Source of the DNA: an uncultured delta proteobacterium
Lineage (GTDB): Bacteria; Desulfobacterota; BSN033; UBA1163
Assembly: GCA_963708295.1 (NCBI GenBank)
Contig: CAVPSJ010000015.1
Coordinates: 271,529-335,528, forward strand
Reading direction: 5' to 3'
DNA: 64,000 nucleotides
A model generated the notes under the pieces. That model made no database searches. It was not told the DNA's origin and was given only the letters and a program-made list of their open reading frames with translations. Shown in pieces: positions 61,170-64,000 of this stretch; the stretch's first letter is position 1, and every line of letters starts with the position of its first letter. The position numbers and the translations under genes are program-made.

Positions 61170-61377
61170 AGGCGAGGTGCTGAGAATAGATCTTCTCGTG
61201 GAGATTCTCTGATGGCAGGGCTGCTTGCCGGGCAGTCCTTGAATTACCAGAAGTTGAGAAATCCGCGGAGAACGTTTCTTCTGGTGCAAGTAGTCCTGAA
61301 TGCCAAAAAAGATAGCAGAAAGCTTGAGAAAACATCGTGAGAGCCATAGCAGGCAAGAATGAAAGAAGACACGTTCA

Positions 61378-62697
61378 ATGAAACGGAATGTATACTTTGA
61401 AAAAGCGCGCGAGATTCCAATCATCGCGAGGAAGGACGTTTTGGTAGGGGGAGGAGGTCCGGCAGGTCTGTCCGCTGCGGTCTCTGCAGCCAGGGCGGGA
61501 GCGGACGTTCTTCTGGTGGAACGGTATGGGTATTTGACGGGGGCCCATGCCTCGGCAATCATCGGGACGTTTTGCGGAATATTCAATTTGGTCGGACGGA
61601 AGACCAAATCAGCTGATCAAAGGACTTACGAGCCGAACTCCTGGATAACCTCAAATTGCACAACGGGTTAAGCGAGCCTATCCGAGACGGCAATGCGGCC
61701 ATCGTGGTGTACGATCCATTCTTGTTCAAGCAGCTCGCCGAGGAGTTGGTTCTGAAGTCAGGGGCCGAAATCCTTATGCACGCTTGGATTGCGGATGTCA
61801 TCATGGAAGGGTAACCAAATCAAGGGTTTGATCATTGAAAGCAAGGCCGGGAGACAGGCAATCTTGGGGAAAGTGGTCATCGATGCAACCGGAGATGGCG
61901 ATATTGCGGCTCGGGCGGGCGTTCCTTTTAGATTGGGCGAGAAAGGATTCATGCAGTTCCCTTCGACGATGTTCCGGATGGAAAATGTTAATCAAGAGAA
62001 GGCGAAACCTGTCACATTCGCGGAGCTACGGCAACAAATAAGAGCAGCAAAGGAAACAGCGAGATTTAGACTCCCCCGGGAAGATGGGCTTTTCTTTTTC
62101 ACCCCGCGAAAGGGTGAGGTTGTTTGCAATGTGACGACCGTCAGCAGGGGAGGAAAAGTAATCAATGGCACAGACCCTGTAGATTTGACCTTTGCGGAGA
62201 TTGAAGGGAAGCGGCAAGCCAGAGAGTATGAGCGATTTTTCAGGGAGAAAATTCCAGGGTTCGAAGAATCCTTTATCGATGATACCGGAGAAATTGGAAT
62301 ACGAGAAACAAGAATCATAAATGGGGAATATATCTTAAGAAACGAAGACGTAAGGGAAGGTAGGAAGTTTGAGGACGCCATCGCGAGAAGCTCATGGCCG
62401 ATTGAACGGCACACGTTGCACGAAGTTAAATTGGTATGGTTAGAAGAAGGAGATTATTACGAAATACCTTTTCGTTGCCTTTTGCCCCAGAAGGTGGAAA
62501 ATCTCCTCGTTGTTGGTAGATGCATTTCGGCAGAACATCAGGCACAGGCATCGGTGCGAGTGGCGGGGCCGTGTTTTGCGGAAGGAGAAGCGGCAGGAAC
62601 AGCAGCTGCAATGGTAGTTAAAGGAAAAATGCGATTGCGCGATCTGGATCCAGTGGAGTTGAGAAGACAACTTCAGCGGAATGGAGCTAACCTATAG
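61378..62697 (+). CDS. FAD-dependent oxidoreductase (FAD_oxidored family; frameshifts near 61615 and 61810)
   Basis: VGGGGPAGLSAA, IDATGDGD, GIRETR, YEIPFRCL, NLLVVGRCIS, GEAAGTAAA. Confidence 0.87.
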
Positions 62698-62832
62698 AGA
62701 TCGGGGAGGAAATTGTACTGAAAGAGGAAGAAAACCGGATGGCCAAGAGAAGGGTGAAGGATAAGCTATTTTGGAATTACAGGCATTCCGTATTGCGGCA
62801 AAATAAATTTCCACCTGGTTAGGGGGTGACAA

Positions 62833-64000
62833 ATGCGACTAAACAGTGATGAGTTGTCCATGCTGGATGGCAAACAAGGACCTGCTAGGCAGAAGGCGAT
62901 GGAACTGCTCGTAAAGTACGGGGAAGCCCTCGGGGCAGAGCGTCTGGTCGATACGAATAACATTTGTGCTGGTGTGGCGGGGTCGGCACCAGCAGCCAGG
63001 GAGTTTGCGGTTAAATCCGGCAATATGGACGCGGTTTTTTCTGAGTTTCACCTGGACAGTGCGGAGTCCGTCGAGATCCCTGACGTAAAAGCCTTTAGCT
63101 GTCACATAAACCAGGCCATCGATCCGGCCAATTGGAGGATTCAGCGGGTCCCTCCCGAAATGTACGAATTATGCATGAGGCACGAGTGGTTTTTTGCGAG
63201 AATAGGTGTTCAGTTATTAAATACGTGTGCACCCTATCTCGTGGGAAACATCCCAATCAAGGGCCAGCACTGCGCCTGGATGGAATCCTCCGCGGTACCG
63301 CTCTGCAATTCAGTCTTCGGAGGCCGTACGAATACAGAGGGATGCGAAAGCACTGGTGCAGCAATGCTCACCGGAAAGATTCCCTACTGGGGATACCATC
63401 TCGACGAAAATCGTCTGGGTACCCATCTGGTTGATGTTGGGTTCGATCTGGAAACCGTCATGGATTGGGGGCTTTTGGGGTATTACGCCGGCGAAGTCGT
63501 CCAGGAGAAGGTTCCTGTTCTCAACGGAATCAAACAGATACCCAATCTTACTCGCCTTCAACATTTTGCCGCTGCCATAGCGTCATCCGGCGGCGTCGAG
63601 ATGTTTCACATCGTGGGAGTCACCCCAGAGGCACATTCACTGGATCAGGCTTTTGGCAAGAAGAGGCCGGCGACCAGCTTAAGGTTCGGCTCGGTTGAAA
63701 GGCGGGAGGCCTATGAAAAATTGAACTCCTCTGCCAAAGATTCAAATGTGGATTTTGTGGTCCTTGGCTGCCCTCACTATGGAATAGAAGAGATTTGGCG
63801 TGTGTGTCGGTTGTTGGAGGGAAAACGAATCCATGCCAGTACAAACCTCTGGATTTTTACACCGAGGGCGATCAAGGATATCGCCGATCGAAGCGGATAT
63901 ACCGAGATCATTCGAAATTCAGGCGCTCTACTGATGACCGATAATTGTCCCGCTCTAGGTCAGGTAAGCCCGAAGGGGGTGAGGGTGGTTGCAACAGATT
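62833..64000 (+). CDS. Aconitase X catalytic subunit (DUF521), runs off the window
   Basis: Open frame absent from the ORF track: MRLNSDELSMLDG, YGEALGAERLV, TCAPYLVGN, AWMESSA, NSVFGGRTN, MFHIVGVTPEA, LGCPHY, TDNCP. Confidence 0.88.
   Translation, partial: MRLNSDELSMLDGKQGPARQKAMELLVKYGEALGAERLVDTNNICAGVAGSAPAAREFAVKSGNMDAVFSEFHLDSAESVEIPDVKAFSCHINQAIDPANWRIQRVPPEMYELCMRHEWFFARIGVQLLNTCAPYLVGNIPIKGQHCAWMESSAVPLCNSVFGGRTNTEGCESTGAAMLTGKIPYWGYHLDENRLGTHLVDVGFDLETVMDWGLLGYYAGEVVQEKVPVLNGIKQIPNLTRLQHFAAAIASSGGVEMFHIVGVTPEAHSLDQAFGKKRPATSLRFGSVERREAYEKLNSSAKDSNVDFVVLGCPHYGIEEIWRVCRLLEGKRIHASTNLWIFTPRAIKDIADRSGYTEIIRNSGALLMTDNCPALGQVSPKGVRVVATD

Overview
This is a bacterial window of roughly 50-55% GC by eye. 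It looks like Desulfobacterota/deltaproteobacteria, and many single-base indels, even in essential genes, suggest an unpolished long-read consensus. 1-9.6 kb: 3' end of clpB, tRNA-Val(GAC), thrS-infC-rpmI-rplT-pheS-pheT-ihfA-merR and tRNA-Pro(GGG), with a short-period tandem-repeat element in most intergenic gaps. 9.6-28 kb: accessory genes, namely zinc-ribbon membrane proteins, cardiolipin synthase, benzoate-CoA ligase family, Tat-exported amidohydrolase, exported cupin followed by a structured orphan ncRNA candidate, DUF3775, lactonase lipoprotein, IS3 stub, PAS kinase, a sigma54- and riboswitch-controlled PEP-CTERM gene, MFS, Fe-ADH and ALDH. 28.5-35.4 kb (best novelty candidate): an intact minus-strand operon encoding ACP, two paralogous radical SAM enzymes, two catalytically complete FabF-type ketosynthases, a hotdog thioesterase and a free-standing PKS-type dehydratase, preceded by a long leader with a small ORF. 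35.5-44.4 kb: nitrilase, TctBAC transporter, beta-hydroxyacid dehydrogenase, Fe-ADH, panB and several MITE/REP-like elements. From 44.55 kb: the att site of an island integrated in a CAT-anticodon tRNA, carrying a catabolic set (M29-like peptidase, GntR, PaaK-like ligase, two TRAP systems, tungsten AOR plus MoaD, flavin oxidoreductases, aconitase X) that runs off the window. No CRISPR array or rRNA was seen. All family assignments come from motif recognition, not database searches.
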